This document shows, in pieces, positions 1-8,845 of a stretch of 64,000 bases of DNA (within the stretch, counting starts at the first letter, position 1; each line of letters starts with the position of its first letter). Origin of the DNA: an uncultured bacterium (lineage in GTDB: Bacteria; Hydrothermota; UBA3072); the NCBI GenBank assembly GCA_964525555.1, contig CAZGHN010000005.1, positions 20,515 to 84,514 of the forward strand, given 5' to 3'. Below the pieces are notes generated by a model, which saw only the letters and a list, made by a program, of their open reading frames with translations, did no database searches and was not told where the DNA came from. Position numbers and translations under genes: made by a program.

Positions 1-57
1 GGCGCATCGCTTGAATTTGTTTCAGGCAAAGAGCTGCCGGCATTGAAGATATTGTAG
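1..57 (+). CDS. pgk: Phosphoglycerate kinase, C-terminal fragment (partial)
   Basis: Frame 1 reads GASLEFVSGKELPALKIL*, the conserved Pgk C-terminus; lies directly upstream of tpiA. Confidence 0.9.
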   Translation, partial: GASLEFVSGKELPALKIL

Positions 58-68
58 AGGAGGAGTGT

Positions 69-818
69 ATGAGAAAGTTGCTAATTGGTGGTAACTGGAA
101 AATGAATAAAGGTTTAGCAGAGACTGCCGAGTTTGCAAATCGTTTTAAAGAAAAGAAAATTTCAACGACAGGTATTGATGTGTTTGTTGCACCTCCATTT
201 ACTTCTCTTGTTGAAGCTAAGAAGAGTTTTGAGGAGACCGGCATAAAAATTGCAGCACAGAACCTTTTCTGGGAAGATGAAGGAGCTTATACTGGCGAGA
301 TTTCTGCTGTTTTTCTCAAAGAGCTTGGAATAGATTGGGTAATAATAGGTCATTCTGAAAGAAGAACCTATTTTGGTGAAACGAATGCAGGAGTTAGAAA
401 GAAAGTCGAGAAAGCCTTGCAAAGGCAGTTGAAAGTAGTTATATGTATAGGCGAAACAGAAGAGGAAAGAGAAGGCGGTAAAGCTAAGGATGTTGTGGAG
501 AAACAGATAGAGGAGGGGTTACTGGGAATTGACTACGATACTTCAAATCTTGCGGTTGCTTATGAACCTGTTTGGGCTATTGGTACAGGTAAAACACCAC
601 ATCCGGAAGACGCACAAGAAATGCATGCTATTATTAGGAGTAAATTAGGTTCTAAAAGCGATCAAATTAGAATAATGTATGGTGGTTCTGTTAAAGTACA
701 TAATTTGAAGGAATTTATTACCCAGGAAGATATCGATGGGGCTTTAATTGGAGGAGCAGCTTTGGATTTAGATGGTTTTGTAGAGATGATAAATATAGCA
801 AAGGAGATTCAATGTTAG
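69..818 (+). CDS. tpiA: Triosephosphate isomerase
   Basis: GNWKMN, IIGHSERR, AYEPVWAIGTG, YGGSV motifs; GAGGAGG RBS. Confidence 0.98.
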   Translation: MRKLLIGGNWKMNKGLAETAEFANRFKEKKISTTGIDVFVAPPFTSLVEAKKSFEETGIKIAAQNLFWEDEGAYTGEISAVFLKELGIDWVIIGHSERRTYFGETNAGVRKKVEKALQRQLKVVICIGETEEEREGGKAKDVVEKQIEEGLLGIDYDTSNLAVAYEPVWAIGTGKTPHPEDAQEMHAIIRSKLGSKSDQIRIMYGGSVKVHNLKEFITQEDIDGALIGGAALDLDGFVEMINIAKEIQC

Positions 819-1210
819 GCTTTTTAGTATCGCTGCATGTTATTTTCTCGGTACTTTTGATTCTTGTTATACTAATGCAACAGTCTCAGGGTGCGGGTAT
901 GAGTTCCGTATTTGGTGGAACTGGTGGGGGTTCTTTTTTTGGAGGGCGTGGAGCGTCCGTACTTTTGCGAAAAGTAACTATTGTACTTGCAGTGCTCTTT
1001 TTTCTGACTTCAACTGCAATAGCATTTAGAGTGCCAAGGGAAATTGGAGTTAATAGAGGAGGTATTGAGGAAAAATTAAGAGAAAATTTACCGGAAAGAA
1101 TAGGTGTGCCCTTTGAAGAAGGCGTAAAAGAAGGAGTTACACCAGAGGGAGTTCTTCCAGAAGGAAATATGATTCCGGAGGGGAGTACTGTTCCTGAGGA
1201 AAGTAACTGA
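812..1210 (+). CDS. secG: Preprotein translocase subunit SecG with acidic C-terminal tail
   Basis: Two TM helices around LMQQSQGAGMSSVFGG; tpiA-secG synteny. Confidence 0.93.
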   Translation: MLGFLVSLHVIFSVLLILVILMQQSQGAGMSSVFGGTGGGSFFGGRGASVLLRKVTIVLAVLFFLTSTAIAFRVPREIGVNRGGIEEKLRENLPERIGVPFEEGVKEGVTPEGVLPEGNMIPEGSTVPEESN

Positions 1211-1232
1211 TACAACTTTAAGGAGGATTTAA

Positions 1233-1838
1233 ATGTTTGCAGTTTTTGAGGCTAAAGGATTCCAGTTTGTTGGGAGTCCGGGAATGAAATTAAAAATTCC
1301 TCGATTAGATAGTGATATTGGTGAGAAAATTTCTTTTGAAAAAGTTTTGCTTGTTAAGAATGGGGATACGAAAATAGGTCAACCTTATATTGAGGGAGCT
1401 TCTATTGCAGCAGAAGTGGTAGAACATGGTCGCTATAAGAAGATAATTGTTTTTAAATTTAAAAAAAGAAATCGATATAGAAGGACAAAGGGACATCGTC
1501 AAACTTATACAGAGATAAAGATTAAAGATATTGTACTTGGTGGTAAGGTAGCAGCTAAAAAGAAAAGCGAAAAGACTGAACTGAAAACAGAAAAGAAGGC
1601 AGTAGCTAAAAAGAAAAGTGCCAAGAAGCCGACTATTTCCGCCGGTAAAAAGGCTAAATCGACTGTAAAAGCGAAAAAGTCTGCTGCTAAGACCAAAAAG
1701 AAGACAGCTAAACCTGCAGCTAAGCCGAAAAAGGAAATTAAAGCAACTGGGAAAACTAAAAAAACGAAAAGCAAAGCAAAAAAATCGGCAGCTAAGACAA
1801 AGAAAACTACTACTGGAACTAAGAAAAAGAAGAAATAA
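1233..1838 (+). CDS. rplU: 50S ribosomal protein bL21 with long Lys/Ala-rich C-terminal extension
   Basis: MFAVFE..G.Q, KIGQPYIEGA, KKRNRYRRTKGHRQ motifs; followed by rpmA. Confidence 0.96.
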   Translation: MFAVFEAKGFQFVGSPGMKLKIPRLDSDIGEKISFEKVLLVKNGDTKIGQPYIEGASIAAEVVEHGRYKKIIVFKFKKRNRYRRTKGHRQTYTEIKIKDIVLGGKVAAKKKSEKTELKTEKKAVAKKKSAKKPTISAGKKAKSTVKAKKSAAKTKKKTAKPAAKPKKEIKATGKTKKTKSKAKKSAAKTKKTTTGTKKKKK

Positions 1839-1899
1839 ATAAAAAAAGTAACTTTTAATGCTAAAGATTATAGCTTAATATATAAAAGGAGGATTTTGT

Positions 1900-2151
1900 A
1901 TGGCACATAAAAAAGGAGTTGGTTCATCGCGAAATGGAAGAGACTCAGGTCCCAAATTTCTTGGTGTTAAGAGATTCGGAGGAGAAGAGGTCCAGGCTGG
2001 AGCCATATTAATACGCCAGAGAGGTACCAAATACCATCCGGGATGGAACGTCGGCAGAGGCAAAGATGATACACTTTTTGCTTTAAAGGACGGAAGAGTT
2101 GAGTTTGGCAGGAGACACGGCAAGAAAATGATAAATGTAATCTCCGATTAA
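1900..2151 (+). CDS. rpmA: 50S ribosomal protein bL27
   Basis: [32 protein letters not shown] motifs. Confidence 0.98.
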   Translation: MAHKKGVGSSRNGRDSGPKFLGVKRFGGEEVQAGAILIRQRGTKYHPGWNVGRGKDDTLFALKDGRVEFGRRHGKKMINVISD

Positions 2152-2158
2152 AGAAAAT

Positions 2159-2268
2159 TAGCCACGGATGAACACAGATAAACACAGATTTAAAAAAAAT
2201 TTTTTTGGATTAAAGAAAAAAAATGGTTGGGAAAGGTATCCGTGATTATCCGTCGTAATCAGCGGCTA
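2159..2268. repeat. Inverted pair of 10-bp triad repeats (family A)
   Basis: tagccacggatgaacacagataaacacagat (2159-2189) faces atccgtgattatccgtcgtaatcagcggcta (2238-2268) across an A/T-rich spacer. Confidence 0.85.
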
Positions 2269-2305
2269 TTATATGTTTTATGTTGTTTTTGTTTAGAGGT
2301 TTGAC

Positions 2306-3910
2306 GTGTTAATAGGTTCTCTTTTGTTTTTACAAATCTTTTGTGTTTTTGACGTTATTAATCCTAAGTCTATCGAAAAAGGAATGAAAGGTATAGCGTT
2401 AAGTACCTTTGAAGAAAATAAAATAGATACAATAGAAGTTGAAATTTTAGGAAGAATTCCCGATTTTCAATTAGACCAGGAAGTTATAATTGCAAGATTG
2501 AAAGGTAAAGTCGTTGATGAGGCCGGTGTTATTGCGGGTATGAGCGGAAGTCCTGTTTATATAGAGGGAAAGCTGCTTGGGGCGATTTCTTTTGGATGGG
2601 CATTTGCAAAAGAACCCATTTGCGGTATTATGCCGTTTTCGGAAATGAAAAAAATGACTTTAAAAAAGACAGTTGGTTCTTCAAATCTTACACCAATAAA
2701 ACCAATTCTCACTGTTGCGGGTTTTCCTGCTTCGTCAATTTCTTGTTTGGATTCATTGCCTTTTGATTTTACTGTTTCTCAAAGCTTGTTGGGTGGCGAA
2801 ACAGAAGAGACAACTAAATTATTGCCCGGAGGGGTATGCGGCGTAACTCTTATTTCTGGGGATGGGAATATTTCGGCTATGGGTACGATAACGGAGATAA
2901 TTGAAGATACTATTTTTGCTATCGGACATTCTGCCTATGCTACAGGTTATTCGGAATTGCCTCTTTGCGGAGGAAGTGTTTTAACTTGTCTTCCTTCTTT
3001 ATATAATTCCATTAAATTGGCTACTCCGGGAAAGATAATAGGAAAAGTAATATTCGATGGATCTGCAGGAATAAAAGCTGTAATTGGAAATGAACCCCCA
3101 ATGATTGATTGTAAAATTAAGATTGGAGATCTTCAGAAAAGATATAGAGTTACTTCTGAGGTAAGTTTATTCCCTGCTATTCCTCCTTTTCTTTTGTTCT
3201 CAAACTGGATTGAAGAGATGGGGCAATATGAGAGTTCTACTGTAAGAGGAAAACTAAGTATATGGACTAATGAGGGGGAAATTCTGGTTCCTTGTGCTAT
3301 TAGCGGAGTTGAAATTCAAAGGGATTTATATCAATGGGTAAAAGAGCCTTTAATTGCAATACAGAGAAACAGATTTGAGGGCGTACAGATAGATTCTGTT
3401 TTGGTTAGTTTGTCTAGTAAACCGGAAATAAGAGAATATTTTGTTAAGAATTTGATTGTTGGAAAGAATAAATTTAAATTGGATGATATGATTAAAATTA
3501 ATGTAGAATTGAGCAGATATCGTAAAAACGATACTACAGTCAGTTTTAATTTTAAAGCTCCGGATAACCCATGTGAGTTAATTTTCAGAGTCTCAGGTAG
3601 AGATGAATATATCAGTTACGAACTCGATCGAGCACCACTTAATTTCCAGTTTGATTATTTTCAGGAGTGGAAAGATTTCTTAAATTCTTTACCTGCTCCG
3701 AATACTCTTATTTTATCTGTTTATAAAAAAGGATCTTCTTTAAATACAGATGCCGGTGAATTTAAAAATCCTCCCCCAAGTCTTAAAGTGGTAATGGAAA
3801 ATGATAAAAGAAACATTTATGGCGATTTATATTTTATAGAGGAAAAGAAAATAATATTCGATGGTCCTCTTAACGGAGAAAGTTCTAAAGAAGTTGAAGT
3901 AAGGAGGTAG
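2306..3910 (+). CDS. SpoIVB/peptidase S55 domain protein, secreted
   Basis: GVIAGMSGSPVYIEGKLLGA catalytic Ser motif; N-terminal hydrophobic signal; GTG start. Confidence 0.85.
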   Translation: MLIGSLLFLQIFCVFDVINPKSIEKGMKGIALSTFEENKIDTIEVEILGRIPDFQLDQEVIIARLKGKVVDEAGVIAGMSGSPVYIEGKLLGAISFGWAFAKEPICGIMPFSEMKKMTLKKTVGSSNLTPIKPILTVAGFPASSISCLDSLPFDFTVSQSLLGGETEETTKLLPGGVCGVTLISGDGNISAMGTITEIIEDTIFAIGHSAYATGYSELPLCGGSVLTCLPSLYNSIKLATPGKIIGKVIFDGSAGIKAVIGNEPPMIDCKIKIGDLQKRYRVTSEVSLFPAIPPFLLFSNWIEEMGQYESSTVRGKLSIWTNEGEILVPCAISGVEIQRDLYQWVKEPLIAIQRNRFEGVQIDSVLVSLSSKPEIREYFVKNLIVGKNKFKLDDMIKINVELSRYRKNDTTVSFNFKAPDNPCELIFRVSGRDEYISYELDRAPLNFQFDYFQEWKDFLNSLPAPNTLILSVYKKGSSLNTDAGEFKNPPPSLKVVMENDKRNIYGDLYFIEEKKIIFDGPLNGESSKEVEVRR

Positions 3911-3911
3911 A

Positions 3912-5810
3912 ATGCTATTATTTCTGATTTCGTTTGCTTACTTATGGGTTTACGAAGGGGATTCTCTTTATAAAGGTTTATCTGAAGGTTCTGTTATTAC
4001 AAAAGATTCGGTTTTCTTGGGAAATAGATTAGAAGAGTTTTCCTGGGAGAGCAGTGGGTTTGTTTCTAATATAATAAAAATAGATAAAGATATTTATTTT
4101 AGTATATCTGATGCAGGTTTGGTTTTAAGGTTGCAAAACGGAGAAAAGGTAGATACTATTTTTAATCGTGAAGGGAGTTTTATTTCTTTGGGGAAAAAGG
4201 GTTCCGCTATTGTAGTGGGAGTATCTCCGGAGGGAAAGATGTTTTTCGTAAAAGGTTCAAAAATTGTAGATTCTTTAACTGTACCTGCAGATAACATTTA
4301 TTGCATGTTTGAATTTGCCGGTAATTTTTTGATTGGTACTGGTCCTGAAGGTATAGTTTATAAGCTAGTAAACAATAAAGAATTTAAGGAATATTACAAA
4401 ACGGAAACTTCTTCTGTTACTCGTAGTGTGATAAAAGGTAAGGAGTTATTTTTAGGTACGAGCAATCCGGGTGTTGTTTATAAAATAGAGGAAAATAATA
4501 CTGGAAGAATTTATTATGATCCTGGTTTTGAGGAAATAAATGGTATCGGATACGTTGGGGATACCTTATGTATTTCGGGATTATTATTAAAAGAGATTGA
4601 ATCTCTCGGAGGTATTAAGTTTTATCTAAAAAATAGAGAGTATGAGGTTTATAGGGGAACTCCTATTTTATGCGGAGAGGAATCAAATGGTAAGTTTTAT
4701 GCAGGAGAATCCGAGGATGGACAGATTGGGGAATTTCATCAGAATGATTTTAGAATATTTGTCGATTTGGATGAATCTAAGATAACTTCATTGAAAAATA
4801 TTGACGGGGATTTATGGATTGGAACAGGATATCCGGCAAAGATTTATAAATTGACTTCGAAGAAATCAAAAGAAGCAACGTATACTTCCTCTGTTATAAA
4901 AGGAGGCGTTTCGGTTATTTGGGGTAATCTCGATTACGAAGGAGAGGGAGATATTAGTCTTTTTATAAGAGGAGGAAAAAAGAAAGAAGTTGATTCTTCA
5001 TGGAGTAGATGGGAAAATATTGATAATCGTATTAAAATAGAAGAACCGTTTATTCAATGGAAGGCAATTCTAAAAGGCGATAAGACATATCTAAAAGGGG
5101 TTAAGATTTCTTACGGAAGACAGAATTCGCCACCCCGGATAAAAAAAATAGAGGTTTTACCACCAAAAATAGGTACTGGTCAGCTTGACGAAGGTACTGG
5201 TATGGCGAGACCTATACCTCCCGAAGAAAGAGGTCGACTTACAAAGATGGGATTTAAAATCCCGGAGGATGCCTATATCATTGGCGAGGGAGTACGATGT
5301 ATATATTGGGAGGCAATTGACGCAGATAATGATAGATTGGTATTCGATATTTTTGTATCCAGAGATGATAAAAACTGGGATAAGGAGGAAGAAAATATTT
5401 TAAATAACAGTTATTTTCTTAATACTTTTGCTTATCCTGATGGTATTTATCATATTAAGATAATAGCTCGTGATGATTTAGATCAGGATTATCCTCTTAA
5501 ATCAGAGGAAAAGACTTCATTTCTTATCGATCAGACTCCTCCGATTGTTAAAGGAATTGAAAAAAGATACGAAAGGGATAGTATTGAAGTATCGGGATAT
5601 GCGACAGATGAGCTTTCAACTATTGTAAGCGTTCTTTACAGTACTTCGGAGATAAAAAAACTACAATGGAAAAGAGCTACTGCAGCGGATGGTTTATTTG
5701 ATGAGAAAGAAGAAAAGTTTCTTTTTAAGGTAGGTAAAAAAGAGAAATATGGGGCAATCAGAGTTGTTGACAGAAGTAGTAATAGTAAGGTTGTTAGGAT
5801 AGAATTTTAG
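3912..5810 (+). CDS. Secreted beta-propeller/Ig-like protein partnered with the S55 peptidase
   Basis: Repeated GTG.(P)G..YK blade motifs; W.A.DADND and PDG.Y..KI.A.D C-terminal Ig-like segment; 1 bp gap to upstream gene. Confidence 0.65.
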   Translation: MLLFLISFAYLWVYEGDSLYKGLSEGSVITKDSVFLGNRLEEFSWESSGFVSNIIKIDKDIYFSISDAGLVLRLQNGEKVDTIFNREGSFISLGKKGSAIVVGVSPEGKMFFVKGSKIVDSLTVPADNIYCMFEFAGNFLIGTGPEGIVYKLVNNKEFKEYYKTETSSVTRSVIKGKELFLGTSNPGVVYKIEENNTGRIYYDPGFEEINGIGYVGDTLCISGLLLKEIESLGGIKFYLKNREYEVYRGTPILCGEESNGKFYAGESEDGQIGEFHQNDFRIFVDLDESKITSLKNIDGDLWIGTGYPAKIYKLTSKKSKEATYTSSVIKGGVSVIWGNLDYEGEGDISLFIRGGKKKEVDSSWSRWENIDNRIKIEEPFIQWKAILKGDKTYLKGVKISYGRQNSPPRIKKIEVLPPKIGTGQLDEGTGMARPIPPEERGRLTKMGFKIPEDAYIIGEGVRCIYWEAIDADNDRLVFDIFVSRDDKNWDKEEENILNNSYFLNTFAYPDGIYHIKIIARDDLDQDYPLKSEEKTSFLIDQTPPIVKGIEKRYERDSIEVSGYATDELSTIVSVLYSTSEIKKLQWKRATAADGLFDEKEEKFLFKVGKKEKYGAIRVVDRSSNSKVVRIEF

Positions 5811-5843
5811 AAAATTAAATATCGAAATGGAAAATTTTAAAAT

Positions 5844-5929
5844 AGAAGTCAGAAGCCAGGAGTCAGAATACAGAATCCTATCCCAACCCAAAAACTATTG
5901 TCTCACACAAAGACACAGAGAGCACAAAG
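5844..5929 (+). repeat. Intergenic repeat mosaic (7-mer AGTCAGA run plus CACAGAGA triad)
   Basis: agaagtcagaagccaggagtcagaatacagaat then ctcacacaaagacacagagagcacaaag. Confidence 0.75.
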
Positions 5930-5994
5930 CCCCTTCACACAACCCAGAAAATTCATTTTGTTGTTACTAAATCCCAATATTTTATTTTACGTCT

Positions 5995-6558
5995 ATGGGG
6001 AAATTTATCTTTAAGTACAGATCCTTTTTACCCATTCCTTATTTTTTATTTTTGTTATTTGTTATAGAATTTAACTGCTTTACTTTCCTTGTTGGATGTT
6101 TAATAGTACTTTTAGGGCTTCTTATACGTTTCTTTTCCCAGGGATTTGCGGGTGATTGGATGAGAGGAAGTACCGTGTCTGCTTCCTATATGCTTGATGA
6201 AGGCGTCTATAGTATTGTTCGCAATCCTTTGTATCTAGGGAATTTTTTTATCGGTTTCGGTTTTACTTTGGCTTCTAATTTTTTTCTCATTTTTCTTTTG
6301 CCTTTCTACTCACTTGTTTTCTTCTTGTATTACTATTTAATTGTCAGGGAAGAAGAGAGTTATCTTGAGGGGAAATTTGGCGAAAGGTTTATTCAGTATC
6401 GCAAAAGCACGCCAGCATTCTTTCCGAATTTTAAGAGTTGGAAGAAAGGTCAGTTTTTGGGCAGAAATGCTTTGCGTATGGAGAAGAGTACTTATTTGAC
6501 CGTTGCTTTTATTTTTATTTTGTTTTTGATTAAATTTTTAATTTTCGAAACATATTGA
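5995..6558 (+). CDS. Isoprenylcysteine carboxylmethyltransferase/PEMT family membrane methyltransferase
   Basis: G.YS.VRNPLYLGN and EE..L..KFG..F..Y....P.F.P motifs; multiple TM segments. Confidence 0.88.
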   Translation: MGKFIFKYRSFLPIPYFLFLLFVIEFNCFTFLVGCLIVLLGLLIRFFSQGFAGDWMRGSTVSASYMLDEGVYSIVRNPLYLGNFFIGFGFTLASNFFLIFLLPFYSLVFFLYYYLIVREEESYLEGKFGERFIQYRKSTPAFFPNFKSWKKGQFLGRNALRMEKSTYLTVAFIFILFLIKFLIFETY

Positions 6559-6716
6559 ACACAAAGAACACAAAGAGCACAGAGATTACATTTAGAAAAA
6601 TTGAAAAATGGGAAAATTGGGAAATGGGTAAACCATTTTACTAATTTACAATTTTCCTGATTCGAAGAATCTACGGCCGTCGTCGGTCATCAGTCTGTTT
6701 TATACCTAAAACCTAA
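6559..6716. repeat. Intergenic repeat mosaic
   Basis: acacaaagaacacaaagagcacagag; aaattgaaaaatgggaaaattgggaaatggg with inverted partner tttactaatttacaattttcc; cggccgtcgtcggtcatcagtc. Confidence 0.7.
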
Positions 6717-6720
6717 CATG

Positions 6721-6749
6721 TTGACAATGATGTTATTTTTTTTTATAAT
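6721..6749 (+). promoter_or_regulatory. sigma70-type promoter
   Basis: TTGACA-N17-TATAAT perfect consensus upstream of the SGNH gene. Confidence 0.85.
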
Positions 6750-6821
6750 ACTTATATATTATGCAAATCCGTCACGAGATGATAATTCTAATTTTTTAAA
6801 CAAATAAGGAGGATATAACGA

Positions 6822-8111
6822 ATGTCTTATAAACCTTTTATGCGTAACATTTTCGCTTCCCGGCATTTCCCGTATTTTCGCAATTCGTTATTTGTATTAA
6901 CCGCTCTTGCTATACTGCTTTTTACTTTTGTTTTCGTCGCGTGTGCCGACTCCGAACCGGAAGACATTACGAACCCCGATAGTGTGTGGGTCGGAACCTG
7001 GAGCACGGCACCACAGCTCGTCGAACCATACAACAACCCGCCGGCGCCAGGATTAAGCCATAACACACTCCGTCAGATAGTTCGCGTTTCGCTTGGTGGA
7101 GACAGCCTTAGGGTGCGTTTTTCCAACGAATTCAGTAATAGCCCGGTGACGTTGAATGCGGTTCGGGTTGCCCTCTCTCTTGGAAGTGGTGCAATTGACA
7201 CGACTACTGATAAGGAATTGAGATTCGATGGAAAACCGGAAATTACTATCGAACCCGGCACTGCGGTTACGTCGGATCCTTTTCATTTCGAAGTGAATCC
7301 GCGGTCCGATTTAACAATCACGATTTATTTTGGCGATACATCGCCAGACGTGACCGGTCATCCTGGGTCACGAACCACTTCATACCTTCTTACCGGTAAC
7401 GAGGTTTCCGCAGTGGATTTCTCTGGAGCGGTCGCGACAGATCACTGGTATATAATCAATAGTATAGATGTGGTGGCGGTGGAATCTGCAGCTGCTGTTG
7501 TTGTACTGGGCAACTCTATCGCCGATGGACGAGGTTCGGGCACGAACAAGCAAAATCGCTGGCCGGACGAACTGGCGCGGCGCTTACAGGAAAACGCAGG
7601 CACCGAACTTGTGGCCGTTCTAAACCAGGGGGTTGGCGGTAATTGCGTACTTCGCGGGTGTCTGGGACCCTCTGCGCTGAGCCGTTTTGATCGCGATGTA
7701 ATTGGGGCAACCAGGGTGCGTTGGTTAATTATCCTTGAGGGGATAAATGATATCGGTGGGTCACAGGGAGCCGATGGTGCGGAACAAGTTAAGAATGATC
7801 TGATTGCAGCATACCAGCAAATGATCGATGAAGCACACGCCAATGAAATCAAGGTTTATGGGGCGACACTGCTTCCTTTCGGGGGTTCGTTCTACGATTC
7901 ACCGGAGCATGAAACCGCACGGACAAAAGTCAATGAATGGATAAGGAGTAGCGGCCACTTTGACGCTGTTATTGACCTCGATGCAGCTCTCTGTGATCCG
8001 GCGGATTCGCTGCGACTCTTGCCTTCCGCTGATACGGGTGATCACCTTCACCCCAATGAGACAGGTCATCGTATGATAGCTGAAGCTGTTGATTTAGAAC
8101 TTTTTGAATGA
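6822..8111 (+). CDS. SGNH/GDSL-family hydrolase lipoprotein (carbohydrate esterase-like)
   Basis: Lipobox FVAC; GNSIADG, NQGVGGN, LEGINDI, DHLHPN blocks; GC-richer than flanks. Confidence 0.9.
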   Translation: MSYKPFMRNIFASRHFPYFRNSLFVLTALAILLFTFVFVACADSEPEDITNPDSVWVGTWSTAPQLVEPYNNPPAPGLSHNTLRQIVRVSLGGDSLRVRFSNEFSNSPVTLNAVRVALSLGSGAIDTTTDKELRFDGKPEITIEPGTAVTSDPFHFEVNPRSDLTITIYFGDTSPDVTGHPGSRTTSYLLTGNEVSAVDFSGAVATDHWYIINSIDVVAVESAAAVVVLGNSIADGRGSGTNKQNRWPDELARRLQENAGTELVAVLNQGVGGNCVLRGCLGPSALSRFDRDVIGATRVRWLIILEGINDIGGSQGADGAEQVKNDLIAAYQQMIDEAHANEIKVYGATLLPFGGSFYDSPEHETARTKVNEWIRSSGHFDAVIDLDAALCDPADSLRLLPSADTGDHLHPNETGHRMIAEAVDLELFE

Positions 8112-8156
8112 TTCAATAACTATTGACTAAAAAGTAAAAATAAACTGTAGATTTAT

Positions 8157-8657
8157 ATGATCATAAGAAAAGAAACCACGTTGGACATTGAAGCAATTAC
8201 CCAGGTCACGATAGAGGCCTTTAAGACGCTCCAGGTGAGTAATCACACCGAGCAATTCATAATCGAGGCATTACGCGCCGCAGGCACACTTACTTTATCG
8301 CTTGTGGCAGAAATTGATGGCCGTGTGGTCGGGCATATTGCATTCTCCCCCGTGACCATCTCGGATGGCACTATGCATTGGTACGGACTCGGACCTGTTT
8401 CAGTATTACCGGAGTACCAGCGTCAGGGTATTGGTAAAGCCCTGATACAGGAGGGACTATCACGATTGAAAGACTTAGAAGCCAGAGGCTGCTGCCTTGT
8501 AGGGCATCCAGAATATTACAGGAAATTTGGATTTGAAAATGCTGAAGGACTTATCGTTGAGGGCGTTCCACAAGAGGTGTTTTTCGCGCTTTCGTTTGAT
8601 GGCCGCTTTCCGCAAGGTAATGTCATGTTCCATGAAGCGTTCAAAGCAGAGAGTTAA
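8157..8657 (+). CDS. GNAT N-acetyltransferase (YhbS-like)
   Basis: GHIAFSPV, LGPVSVLPEYQRQGIGKALI, VGHPEYYRKFGF. Confidence 0.92.
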   Translation: MIIRKETTLDIEAITQVTIEAFKTLQVSNHTEQFIIEALRAAGTLTLSLVAEIDGRVVGHIAFSPVTISDGTMHWYGLGPVSVLPEYQRQGIGKALIQEGLSRLKDLEARGCCLVGHPEYYRKFGFENAEGLIVEGVPQEVFFALSFDGRFPQGNVMFHEAFKAES

Positions 8658-8845
8658 CAAGGATGAGTTTTTTTATGATAGTGTATATGTAATTACCCTG
8701 AAGTATTGAAGTCGGTTTATATTAGCTGAAGTGGAATATGTACGTTTATAATTAGTAGATAGGCCAGGTTATGTCTCAAAGAAGATTTTTAAGCATATGT
8801 ATTGATATTACTAATCACAGGTTTTTAAAACTGAAAGGATTTAAA

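Noticed and set aside
1211-1232. tRNA-Leu, often found after secG
   Set aside because: The gap is only 22 bp and holds the rplU RBS; no cloverleaf seen anywhere in the window
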